From positions 1 through 23,136 of the forward strand of contig JAYKHR010000160.1 of assembly GCA_035285125.1 (NCBI GenBank): a stretch of DNA of 23,136 nucleotides, in the 5' to 3' direction. The stretch is from Candidatus Sericytochromatia bacterium (GTDB lineage: Bacteria > Cyanobacteriota > Sericytochromatia > S15B-MN24 > JAQBPE01). Below are positions 8,043-16,929 of the stretch, in pieces. A program made the position numbers and the translations under genes. The notes under the pieces were generated by a model. The model had not been told where the DNA came from, ran no database searches, and saw nothing but the letters and a program-made list of their open reading frames with translations. How positions within the stretch are numbered: position 1 is the stretch's first letter; every line of letters begins with the position of its first letter.

Positions 8043-9140
8043 ATGCGTGATGTCCTGTTGATCCTGAACTTCGGGGGGCCCCAGCGCCCCGGCGAGGTGG
8101 AGCCCTTCCTCTTCGAGCTCTTTCGCGACCCGGACGTCATCCCGATCCCGGGGCCACCGATCGTGCGGGAGGCCTTCGCCGACCTGATCAGCGGGCTGCG
8201 CTGGACCAAGACCGCGAACGATTACGCCGAGATCGGTGGCGGGTCGCCACTGGTGCCCGTGACCTACCAGCAGGGCGAGGCTTTGCGCACGCTGCTGGCC
8301 TCCGAGGGGCACCCGATGGAGGTCCACTACGCGATGCGCTACACGCGCCCCGACACCCGGTCGGCGCTGGAGGCCATCAAGGCGGGCGGCCCCGCGCGCA
8401 TCGTGGCGTTGGCGATGTACCCGCACTACTCCTTCGCCACCATGGGCTCCAGCTTCGGCGAGCTGGCCCGGCAGCTGCGCCGGCTCGGCATGGCAGACTG
8501 GCCCGTGACCTACATCCCCGCCTTCCCGACAGACCCGGACTACGTGGGGGCCCTCGCCGAGCTCGTGCAGGAGGCGGCGGCGCGCGTGCCGGAGGGCGTC
8601 ACGCCCCACCTGCTGTTTTCCGGGCACGGCCTGCCCGTGAGCTTTGTGAAGAAGGGCGACCCCTACGCGATGCAGATCCAGGCGACGGTCGACGCCGTGG
8701 TGCAGGCGGCAGGTTGGCCTCACGCCCACTCGCTGGCCTGGCAGAGCAAGGTCGGGCCGGCGGCGTGGCTGACGCCTGCGACGGACACCGAGCTCCGGCG
8801 CCTCGGCGCGGCTGGAACCCGGGCGGTGGTGGTCGTCCCCGTGAGCTTCGTGGGGGATCACATCGAGACCCTGTTCGAGCTCGACATCGAGTACCGCGAG
8901 GTCGCCGAGGAGGCGGGCATCCACCACTGGGTGCGGGCTGGCGCGCTCGACACGCGACCCCGGTTCGTTCGGGCCCTCGCGAACCAGGTGTTGCGCGCCG
9001 TCGCGGGTGAAACGGGCTGCAGCCCGGGCTGCTGCCGTCTGCCGCGGCCGGTCGAGATGCGCGGGCTGCGGGTGATACCGGGCGGCTGCCAGCCCTGCCC
9101 CATGAGGCCCTACGTGCTGCCGGGCGCTGCCCGGTCGTGA
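8043..9140 (+). CDS. hemH: Ferrochelatase with a Cys-rich C-terminal extension
   Basis: LILNFGGP, FLFELFRDPDVI, YAEIGGGSPL, AMRY, YPHYS, LFSGHGLP (catalytic His), GDPY, WQSKVGP..WL.P, SFVGDHIETLFELD; start placed at ATG 8043 from the family N-terminus. Confidence 0.96.
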   Translation: MRDVLLILNFGGPQRPGEVEPFLFELFRDPDVIPIPGPPIVREAFADLISGLRWTKTANDYAEIGGGSPLVPVTYQQGEALRTLLASEGHPMEVHYAMRYTRPDTRSALEAIKAGGPARIVALAMYPHYSFATMGSSFGELARQLRRLGMADWPVTYIPAFPTDPDYVGALAELVQEAAARVPEGVTPHLLFSGHGLPVSFVKKGDPYAMQIQATVDAVVQAAGWPHAHSLAWQSKVGPAAWLTPATDTELRRLGAAGTRAVVVVPVSFVGDHIETLFELDIEYREVAEEAGIHHWVRAGALDTRPRFVRALANQVLRAVAGETGCSPGCCRLPRPVEMRGLRVIPGGCQPCPMRPYVLPGAARS

Positions 9141-9622
9141 GCGTCAGCCTCGCCACGATGCTCGGGGTGGGGCTCTACGTCTTGATGACGGCGCCGTTCC
9201 TCCCCCTGATGCTGTATGTCCATCGCCTCGGGGGCGCCTACTCGGGCCTGTTTATGGCTGCGATGGTGCTGCAACTCGTCCCCATCGGGCTGGTCTTCTT
9301 TCCGATGGGTGCCGTGGGGATCGGGTTGCTGGGCCTGGCGCTGTGGCGCGTGGGTCAGCGGCTTGCGGGCTTCAGGCAGGCCCACATCGACAACCCCGAG
9401 GTGCACCTGCGCTGGAGCCGGGAGTACGTGGCAAACGCGATCGCGCTGGGCTTCGCATGCGAGCAGAAGGGAGCCGCCTGGGTCGTGCTGGAGGCCACCC
9501 GGGGCCAGGCGCTCTGGACGTTCGGGGCCTGGGTGTGCCCCCTCAGCGCCCTGCTCTGGGCCGGGTTGGCCTGGCTTGTCGTCCGGGAGCACCGCGCCCG
9601 GGCGGCGATGACGCCCGGCTGA
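9137..9622 (+). CDS. Hypothetical integral membrane protein (3-4 TM)
   Basis: GTGA overlap with the hemH stop; long hydrophobic stretches at both termini; ends just before an AT-rich intergenic region. Confidence 0.7.
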   Translation: MSVSLATMLGVGLYVLMTAPFLPLMLYVHRLGGAYSGLFMAAMVLQLVPIGLVFFPMGAVGIGLLGLALWRVGQRLAGFRQAHIDNPEVHLRWSREYVANAIALGFACEQKGAAWVVLEATRGQALWTFGAWVCPLSALLWAGLAWLVVREHRARAAMTPG

Positions 9623-9630
9623 CGCCACCC

Positions 9631-9730
9631 CGATCATTCAATTATTACGTTTTTGTTAAAGGCGTTTTTGCACTTCGTGAAAGCTTGCACGGCCAGTCCT
9701 GAACGCTCTCATAACCATTTCACAAGGTTG
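9631..9730 (+). promoter_or_regulatory. AT-rich control region upstream of the EF-hand gene
   Basis: AT-rich island; TTAC-N7-TTAA at 9645-9659; CGTTTTTG at 9648 and 9663; TTGCAC at 9668 and 9685. Confidence 0.45.
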
Positions 9731-9775
9731 AGGTGATTCGGGCGCCGGGCGCGCCGCGGAGAAGTGGAGAGAGTG

Positions 9776-10303
9776 ATGTTCAAGACGCCTGACATGACCC
9801 CTGCCGCCACCATCTACATGCCGCGGGAGCACGGCCTGCCCTTCGGCGGGAACCCGGCTGACGAGGCCGCCCTCGGGGCCGCGGACCTCGACGCCAGCGA
9901 CTCGCTTTCCCGTGACGAGTGGGCCCGCTCTGGTCGCAGCAAGGAGATGTTCACCGCCTACGACACCGACGGCAACGGCACCGTGTCGAAGGGCGAGTTC
10001 CTCCGGGGCCGGCAGCACGAGCGCGCCTTCCGCAAGCGCGACACCGATGGCAACGGGGTGCTGACGAAGGACGAGTGGTCGGTCTTCGGCGTGCGCGTCA
10101 CGCCGTTCGATCCCAAGTGGCTGGCCGCGAGCGCGGCGGAGGGCGTCAGGGGCTTCATCAGCAACTGCATCCCCCCCAAGTGGCTGGCGGGTCGCGGCTT
10201 CGAGGCCCTCGACGCCAACCGTGACGGCCAGGTCACGGCAGCCGAGTACGTCGCCCAGCGCAGCAAGGCCACCAGGGTCGAGATCAAGCCCTGGATGGCC
10301 TGA
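9776..10303 (+). CDS. EF-hand calcium-binding protein (four loops)
   Basis: Loops DLDASDSLSRDE, DTDGNGTVSKGE, DTDGNGVLTKDE and DANRDGQVTAAE; GGAGAG RBS before ATG 9776. Confidence 0.88.
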   Translation: MFKTPDMTPAATIYMPREHGLPFGGNPADEAALGAADLDASDSLSRDEWARSGRSKEMFTAYDTDGNGTVSKGEFLRGRQHERAFRKRDTDGNGVLTKDEWSVFGVRVTPFDPKWLAASAAEGVRGFISNCIPPKWLAGRGFEALDANRDGQVTAAEYVAQRSKATRVEIKPWMA

Positions 10304-10361
10304 CGCACGCCTGCAAGGTTGAGGCGGCTGCCGCCCGGGCACCCGGTGCGAGAGCTCCGGC

Positions 10362-10393
10362 CATCCCCCCGTCGCGCCTGCGCCGGGGGGATG
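10362..10393. repeat. Perfect 10-bp inverted repeat (possible terminator hairpin or operator)
   Basis: CATCCCCCCG (10362-10371) and CGGGGGGATG (10384-10393) with a 12-nt loop; no U-tract. Confidence 0.5.
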
Positions 10394-10448
10394 CCGCTGC
10401 TGGGTATACAACCGGGTGTCGCCGTGCTCGGGCGCTTGGAGGCAAGCC

Positions 10449-11012
10449 GTGTCGCTGCTTCTTCGGATGGTGGTCTGCCTGATCGGGCTGACGGGGTGCC
10501 AGGCGGCTGAGCCGGGCCTGCCTCGGGGGGGGGCTGGCGCAGCCCCCGCGGCGCGTCTGGCGCTGACGCCCAGCTTGGGGGCGGGGACCGGGCGGCGTCT
10601 CCAGGCCGTGCCCCAGCCCCTCACCGCCGCGCAGGTGCACCACCTCGTGGTGACGCTTGCCACGGTGCCCGCCCAGGGGCCCGATGAGGTGCTGGCCACC
10701 CGGCGGATCCTGGCGCCGGCGGCGCAGGGCGGGAGCGTCTCGTTCGACAAGCTGGCCGTGGGCCGGACGTACCGGGCGCGTGGCGTCGCGTACGCGGGTG
10801 CCGACGACACCGCCACGGGCATCATCAGCGTGGACGAGCTCTCCTCCGTGACGATCGCCGTGCCTGTCGGCGTGGCCGACCTTCAGGCCGTGCTGCCCGT
10901 GCGGCTTCGGGACACCACCTTTGCGGCCTCCGTCGCCACGACGGGCACCCTTATCGCGACGGGGGCCCTGGTGACGACGGCGGACGAGACCCTCGAACTG
11001 GTGACGCCGTGA
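10449..11012 (+). CDS. Small lipoprotein; stand-alone copy of the N-terminal beta domain of the NHL proteins
   Basis: GGAGG RBS at 10438-10442 and GTG 10449; MSLLLRMVVCLIGLTGC lipobox (Cys17); RRLQA..VHHLVVTL..VSFDKL...TYRARGVA..IIS..VRLRDTTFAA aligns by eye with the N-termini of the three downstream NHL proteins. Confidence 0.8.
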   Translation: MSLLLRMVVCLIGLTGCQAAEPGLPRGGAGAAPAARLALTPSLGAGTGRRLQAVPQPLTAAQVHHLVVTLATVPAQGPDEVLATRRILAPAAQGGSVSFDKLAVGRTYRARGVAYAGADDTATGIISVDELSSVTIAVPVGVADLQAVLPVRLRDTTFAASVATTGTLIATGALVTTADETLELVTP

Positions 11013-12031
11013 CCGTCTGCAGGGTTTTCTCGCGCCCATCTTCCCAAGGTGACCGCCCACGTGGGTGGTGGGTCGCAGCCAGCTTGCTCTGCGCCGGCGT
11101 GAGCGGCTGCGTGGCAGGCCCCACCCACGCGCCCCAGGCCGGCCCGGTGGCCGTGGCGGCCCCGGCAGCCGGCCCCGCCCTGCCGCCCGCCGCCAGCGCG
11201 ACGTGGCGGGTCGAGGGGGGCACGAGCTGGGCCGGTGAGCCGCTGCCGGGCGCCAGCGTGGCTGTCGTGCGCGTGGCGGACGATCGCGAGCTGGCCTCCG
11301 GGAGGGCGGACGCCGCGGGCCGCTTCGCGCTGGACGTGGCGGTCGCGGGGCGCACCGTGGTGGTCGTGACGGCCCGTCGCGGTCAGCGCGTGCTCCACCA
11401 GGCCCTGGTCGTGGGCGGGGAGCGACGGCTGCAGCAGGCAGGAGGGCCGGCCCCGGCCCCGGCCCTGCTCGACCTCGTGACCACGCTGACGTTCAGGAAG
11501 CTGGCCCCGCGCCTGCGGGAGACGGCCCGCACCCTGCTGGAGGCCCCCGCGGCCCGGGGGGGCGAGCTGGCGACGATGGCCCAGGCCGTCTTGCAGCGCC
11601 TCGCCGCAGACCTGGACCGGGTCGTGACAGGCGAGGTCGAGGCCCGCCTGGCGCGTCTGCTGGAGGCCCCTGCGGCTGGTGAGGCCGCCTCGGACGAGCT
11701 CGACGTGGCCCTCGCCGAGGTCCTGCCCCCGACGGTCGTGGCGGCGCTGGACGCGTCCGTCACCGCGCTGGGCCGCCTTGCTGCTGAGGTGGCGTCTGAA
11801 GCCCCCGGGCAGGAGGGGGGGAGCCTGGAGCCGACGCCTGCCCCCACGCCTGCGTCGACACCCCCTCCCGCGGCGGAAGGCGTCTCCGGGGGGGGAGGCG
11901 CCGGAGGCGGCACGGAGCCCGTCGTCGCCCCGGAACCGACGGACGCCGACGTGAGGCTCGGGATGGCGATCACTCCCGGCCAGGTGGTGGACACCACCGC
12001 CACGGAGTCGATCCGGGTGGCTGCCCCGTGA
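11009..12031 (+). CDS. Hypothetical lipoprotein: carboxypeptidase-regulatory-like beta domain, helical region, Pro/Gly linker and conserved C-terminal motif
   Basis: GTGA overlap with the upstream stop; ...LLCAGVSGC lipobox (Cys34); GEPLPGASVAV...ADAAGRFAL pattern; PTPAPTPASTPPP linker. Confidence 0.75.
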   Translation: MTVCRVFSRPSSQGDRPRGWWVAASLLCAGVSGCVAGPTHAPQAGPVAVAAPAAGPALPPAASATWRVEGGTSWAGEPLPGASVAVVRVADDRELASGRADAAGRFALDVAVAGRTVVVVTARRGQRVLHQALVVGGERRLQQAGGPAPAPALLDLVTTLTFRKLAPRLRETARTLLEAPAARGGELATMAQAVLQRLAADLDRVVTGEVEARLARLLEAPAAGEAASDELDVALAEVLPPTVVAALDASVTALGRLAAEVASEAPGQEGGSLEPTPAPTPASTPPPAAEGVSGGGGAGGGTEPVVAPEPTDADVRLGMAITPGQVVDTTATESIRVAAP

Positions 12032-12085
12032 CGCGGCCTCGCTTGACGGCGGGGTACAAGGCCCGTGGGATCTGAAGGGGGCGCG

Positions 12086-14470
12086 ATGCTGCGGCTCTGG
12101 CTTGTCCTCGTCCTGGCGTTCAGCGGGTTGCCCGGCTGCCAGCCGGTGCCGGCCGTCTCGCCGCGCCCGTTGCAGGCCCTCGACGCCTCGGATGGGGGCT
12201 CGGCCAGCGCCGAGGTGCGGGTGGTGCTGCCGCGCCGCCTGCTCGCCCTGGGCCCGACCTCCGGCGACGACGTGGGGACGGTGGTGCTCACGCTGCACCG
12301 GGTCGAGGGGGGCGAGGAGCTCTTGCGGGCCACCCTCGTCGTGCCCCGCGCGGCGCTCGGCCAGCCCGTCGCCCTGCGCCACATGCGCGCCGACGCGACG
12401 TACCGCCTCAGCGGCGAGGCCTACCTCGGATCCAGCCCGGTGCCGGCGGGGCGCCTGACGGACCCGACGCGCCCGGACGTCGTCGAGTGGGCCGTCGGGC
12501 ACGACGAGGCCCCGGTGGTCCCCCCGCTCGTGCTGCGCCTGGCCGATACCGAGGCCGTCGTCGTCAGCACCGTCCGGCAGGGCTACTGGCCCGGGGGGAC
12601 GGAGGGGTATGCGCGTGAACGCGCGCTGGCTGGGCCCGTTGGCGTGGCCGTGGCGGCGGACGGCACGATCTTCGTGGCCGAGGAGTCTGGCCATCGCGTC
12701 CTGCGCCTCTCGCCGGGCGGCCTGGTGTCCACCTACGTGGGCACCGGCTCGCCCGGCTCGGCCGACGGCACCGGCGCGGCGGCCGGCCTGGACCAGCCCC
12801 AGGGCCTCGCCCTGGCGCCGGACGGGACGCTGTACGTCTCGGAGAGCGGCTTCGTCACCGGCGGCCACCGGATCCGCAAGGTCAGCCCTGCCGGCGTCGT
12901 CACCACCCTGGCGGGGGGGGCGCGTGGCTGGCAGGACGGGGCGGGGGCGCAGGCCCGCTTCAGCAACCCACGCGGCCTCGCCCTCGGGCCGGATGGCACG
13001 CTGTACGTGGCGGACCAGTGGAACCATCGCATTCGGACGGTCTCGCCGAATGGGGTTGTCGCGACGCTGGCTGGGACCGGCTCGGGTGGCCTGACCGACG
13101 GCGTCGGCGTCGGCGCCGCCCTCAGCTACCCGACGGGCGTGGCGTGGGGCCCGGATGGTGCTCTGTACGTCGCAGACACGGGCAACCGCGCCGTCAGGCG
13201 CGTGACGCCGGCCGGGGTGGTCACCACCGTCGCGGGCCCGGGCCAGGGTGGAGAGGCGCCTTTCGCTGACCCGGTGGGCATCGCGGTGGCCGGCTCAGGC
13301 GACGTGTTCGTCGGGGATGGCGCTGTGCTGCGCAAGGTGACGCCGGATGGGGCCGTCACGCTGGTGGCCGGCGGCGCCCCGGGCCATCGGGACGGTGCCC
13401 CTGCCCATGCGCGCTTTCAGGCCCTCTCCGGCCTAGCCGTGGCGCCGGGAGGAGGTATGGTGGCCTGCGACAGCCTGGGCAGCGTGCGGCGCCTGACGGC
13501 CTTGCTGGAGGTGTCTACGGTGGCCGGCATCGTGTCGGAGGACGGCACGGGCCGGGGCGTGGTCTTCTCCAGCCCGCGGGGCCTCCGCGCAGAGCCGGGC
13601 GGGGCCTTGCTGCTCGCGGACACCTTCGCGCACCGGATCCGGAGCGTCACGCCGGCCGGCCAGGTCTCGACCCTGGCCGGCTGGGACGCGGGTGACGCGG
13701 ACGGCGCGGCGACGGACGCCAGGCTGTACCGGCCGGAGGACGCGGTGCGGGCGCCCGACGGCGGCCTGTACATCGCCGACACCGCCAACCACAAGATCCG
13801 CAGGCTGACGCCCGGGGGCGAGGTCGTGACGGTGGCGGGCGGCGCCCCGGGCTTTGCCGACGGCCCCGGCGCCACAGCCCAGTTCTGGACGCCCAAGGCC
13901 CTGGCCCTCGCGGCGGACGGCACGCTCTACGTGGCAGACGGCGACAACCACTGCCTCCGCAAGATCACCTTCGGGAGCGAGGGTCCCCAGGTCTCGACGC
14001 TCGCGGGCTCGGCCCCGGATGGAGAGGGCTTCGCGGACGGCGTCGGCCCGGCCGCGCGCTTCGCCTACCCCACCGGCCTGGCGCTGCGCCCCGATGGGGC
14101 GCTGTATGTGGCCGACTGCGACAACCACCGCCTGCGCGTGGTGACGCCGGACGGCACGGTGACGACGCTGGCCGGCTCCGAGCCCGGGTTGGCCGATGGC
14201 CTCGGGGCGGCGGCGCGGTTCAACGAGCCCGTGCGCGTGGCCGTCGACCCCGGCACTGGCCTGGTGTACGTCTCGGACCAGGCGAACCATGCGGTGCGCC
14301 GCGTGACGCCGGAGGGCCACGTGCGGACGATCGCCGGGGGCACCGAGGGCCTGCGCGACGGCGTGGGCGCCTCGGCCCGGTTCTCGCGTCCCGCCGGGCT
14401 GGCCGTGGCCCCGGACGGCTCGCTGTACGTGGCGGACGAGGGCAACGGCGTCGTGAGGCGGCTGCGGTGA
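12086..14470 (+). CDS. NHL-repeat lipoprotein 1 (N-terminal beta domain plus 12 NHL repeats)
   Basis: GAAGGGGG RBS and ATG 12086; MLRLWLVLVLAFSGLPGC signal; 12 repeats of F-x-x-P-x-G-[LV]-A-x-x-x-DG-x-LYVAD-x-x-NH-x-[IV]-R counted by eye. Confidence 0.92.
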   Translation: MLRLWLVLVLAFSGLPGCQPVPAVSPRPLQALDASDGGSASAEVRVVLPRRLLALGPTSGDDVGTVVLTLHRVEGGEELLRATLVVPRAALGQPVALRHMRADATYRLSGEAYLGSSPVPAGRLTDPTRPDVVEWAVGHDEAPVVPPLVLRLADTEAVVVSTVRQGYWPGGTEGYARERALAGPVGVAVAADGTIFVAEESGHRVLRLSPGGLVSTYVGTGSPGSADGTGAAAGLDQPQGLALAPDGTLYVSESGFVTGGHRIRKVSPAGVVTTLAGGARGWQDGAGAQARFSNPRGLALGPDGTLYVADQWNHRIRTVSPNGVVATLAGTGSGGLTDGVGVGAALSYPTGVAWGPDGALYVADTGNRAVRRVTPAGVVTTVAGPGQGGEAPFADPVGIAVAGSGDVFVGDGAVLRKVTPDGAVTLVAGGAPGHRDGAPAHARFQALSGLAVAPGGGMVACDSLGSVRRLTALLEVSTVAGIVSEDGTGRGVVFSSPRGLRAEPGGALLLADTFAHRIRSVTPAGQVSTLAGWDAGDADGAATDARLYRPEDAVRAPDGGLYIADTANHKIRRLTPGGEVVTVAGGAPGFADGPGATAQFWTPKALALAADGTLYVADGDNHCLRKITFGSEGPQVSTLAGSAPDGEGFADGVGPAARFAYPTGLALRPDGALYVADCDNHRLRVVTPDGTVTTLAGSEPGLADGLGAAARFNEPVRVAVDPGTGLVYVSDQANHAVRRVTPEGHVRTIAGGTEGLRDGVGASARFSRPAGLAVAPDGSLYVADEGNGVVRRLR

Positions 14471-16929
14471 GGCGGCTGGTGGGCCTGGCGCTGGCGGCCG
14501 GGCTGGCGGCGGCGGGGTGCGGGCCGGCGGCGCGGGTGGCAGCGCCCGTGGCGGGGCTGACGGTGCCCGTCGCGGCGGAGGCCGGGCCCGTGCGCCTCAC
14601 GGTCGCGCCGCGGCTGCTCGGCCGCCGCCTGCTGGGGCTGGTCGAGCCGCACGCACCCGGGGACGTCGCTCGCCTCGTCATCAGCCTGCACCGCCGCGCG
14701 GGAGGCGTGACGGGGCCGGCCCTGGCGGAGGTCGCGCTGACGGATCCCGCCACCCTGCAGGCCCCGCTGGTGTTCGAGGGGCTGCGGCGCTGGACGACCT
14801 ACGTGGTGCGTGGCACGGCGCACGACGCGGCGGGCGCGGTGATCAGCGAGGCCGCTCACTCGGAGGTGGCCGTCGCGGTGGCGGCCGACGAGGCCCTGGC
14901 TCCCGTTGCCCTGACGGTGAGCCTGCTGGACAGGCCCTTCTCGGCGGCCGCCACGTGGCCGGCCGTCGCCGTCTCGCCGGGCAGCGAGGCCTCTGGCATC
15001 CGCGGTGTCGTGACCACGCTCGCCGGCGTAGGCTTCACGCTGGCGGAGGAGGGCCTCGGCAGGCTCGGCAAGGAGCAGCCGGAGGGGAGCCTGGCCGTCG
15101 GGCCGGATGGCACGCTGTACGTCGCCGACACCGAACTCCACCGCATCAAGCGCATCGCGCCGGACGGCCGGGGCGCCACGCTCGCCGGGTCGGGCAAGGG
15201 GGACGCGGGCCTGGTGGACGGCGTCGGCTGGGCCGCCCGCTTCAACCGGCCCAAGGACCTGGTCCTCGCGCCGGACGGCACGCTGTACGTCGCCGACACG
15301 GACAACCACTGCATCCGCGTCGTCAGCCCGGATGGCGCCGTCACAACGCTCGCCGGCGGGGTGGCGGGCTTTGCGGACGGCGTGGGGGCGGCGGCGGCGT
15401 TCAGCAGCCCGTCGGGGATCGCGCTGGCGGCGACGGGCGAGGTGCTGGTTGGCGACACCGGCAACCACTGCATCCGGGCCGTCTCGACGGCGGGCGTGGT
15501 GACGACGGTGGCGGGCACGAACGCGTCGGGCTACGCGGACGCCACCGGCGCTGCCGCCCGCTTCAGCGGCCCGCGCGGGCTGGCCGTGGCGCCCGATGGG
15601 GCGATCATCGTGGCAGACACGGGCAACCACCGCCTGCGCCGGATCGCCTCGGACGGGGCCGTCACGACGCTGGCGGGCTCGGGGCAGGCCGGGCACCTGG
15701 ACGCCACGGGCCTCGCGGCCAAGTTCAACGCCCCGCGCGACCTGGCCGTTGATGCCACGGGCAACGTGCTCGTCGCGGACACGGACACCCGCCGGGTGCG
15801 TCACGTGACGCCGGCCGGCGCGGTGACGACGCTCGCGGGCAGCGGGACGAGCGGGCTCCTGGACGGCGTGGGCACGGCGGTGCAGTGGCGCTCACCGAGC
15901 GGCCTGGCCCTGGCGCCGGACGGCTCGCTGCGCGTCTTCGACCAGGGGGGCATCCGGGCCATCGTCGACCGGCGCGTGTTCACCGTCGTGCCGAGCGGCA
16001 TCGGCAGCGCGAACGGCGCCTCGGCGGCGGCGAGCTTCTACCACCCCTACGGGCTCGTTGCCGGGCCGGACGGCAGCGTCTATGTGGCGGACAACTACAA
16101 CCTGCTGATCCGCAAGGTTGCCCCCGACGGCACGGTCTCGACGCTGGCGGGCAGCACCTACGGCGCCACGGACGGCACGGGCGCGGCGGCGAAGTTCGCC
16201 TTCCCGGACGGCCTCGCGATCGGGCCCGACGGCTCGCTGTACGTCGGGGACCGCAACAACCACCGCATCCGCAGGGTCACGACGGCCGGGGTCGTGACGA
16301 CGCTGGCGGGAGCCGGCACGGCAGGCTCGGAGGACGGCGCGGCCTCAGTCGCCCGGTTCAACACGCCGCGGGGCGTGGCCGTGGCCTCGGATGGCACGGT
16401 GTACGTGGCGGACACGGCGAACCACCGGGTCCGCCGCGTGACGCCTGCCGGCGAGGTGACCACGCTCGCGGGGTCCACCGCTGGCTTCGCCGACGGCATC
16501 GGGGCTGCCGCCCAGTTTTCCGGTGCCTGGGGTATCACGCTCGCCGACGACGCGACGCTGCTCGTGGCGGACTCCCTCAACCATCGCATCCGCCGGGTGT
16601 CGACCGGGGATGGGGCGGTGACCACCGTCTCGGGCGCCGGCGTGCCCGGGACGCGGGACGGCGCGCCCGCAGTGGCGGAATTCAACACGCCCACCGGGCT
16701 CGTCGTCGGGCGGGATGGCGCCATCTACGTGACGGACAGCGGCAACCACCGGCTCCGTCGCATCGGCCCCGACGGCCAGGTCACAACGGTCGCCGGCTCC
16801 GAAGCCGGGGCGGCGGACGGCGTGGGGGCTGAGGCCCGGTTCCACCACCCCCGGGGCATTGCCCTCGCGCCGGACGGCTCACTGCTGGTCGCGGATCGGA
16901 TGAACCACGCCATCCGGGTGGTGCGCTGA
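14467..16929 (+). CDS. NHL-repeat lipoprotein 2 (N-terminal beta domain plus 12 NHL repeats)
   Basis: GTGA overlap; MRRLVGLALAAGLAAAGC lipobox; 12 NHL repeats with AG-x-x-G-x-x-DG linkers. Confidence 0.93.
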   Translation: MRRLVGLALAAGLAAAGCGPAARVAAPVAGLTVPVAAEAGPVRLTVAPRLLGRRLLGLVEPHAPGDVARLVISLHRRAGGVTGPALAEVALTDPATLQAPLVFEGLRRWTTYVVRGTAHDAAGAVISEAAHSEVAVAVAADEALAPVALTVSLLDRPFSAAATWPAVAVSPGSEASGIRGVVTTLAGVGFTLAEEGLGRLGKEQPEGSLAVGPDGTLYVADTELHRIKRIAPDGRGATLAGSGKGDAGLVDGVGWAARFNRPKDLVLAPDGTLYVADTDNHCIRVVSPDGAVTTLAGGVAGFADGVGAAAAFSSPSGIALAATGEVLVGDTGNHCIRAVSTAGVVTTVAGTNASGYADATGAAARFSGPRGLAVAPDGAIIVADTGNHRLRRIASDGAVTTLAGSGQAGHLDATGLAAKFNAPRDLAVDATGNVLVADTDTRRVRHVTPAGAVTTLAGSGTSGLLDGVGTAVQWRSPSGLALAPDGSLRVFDQGGIRAIVDRRVFTVVPSGIGSANGASAAASFYHPYGLVAGPDGSVYVADNYNLLIRKVAPDGTVSTLAGSTYGATDGTGAAAKFAFPDGLAIGPDGSLYVGDRNNHRIRRVTTAGVVTTLAGAGTAGSEDGAASVARFNTPRGVAVASDGTVYVADTANHRVRRVTPAGEVTTLAGSTAGFADGIGAAAQFSGAWGITLADDATLLVADSLNHRIRRVSTGDGAVTTVSGAGVPGTRDGAPAVAEFNTPTGLVVGRDGAIYVTDSGNHRLRRIGPDGQVTTVAGSEAGAADGVGAEARFHHPRGIALAPDGSLLVADRMNHAIRVVR

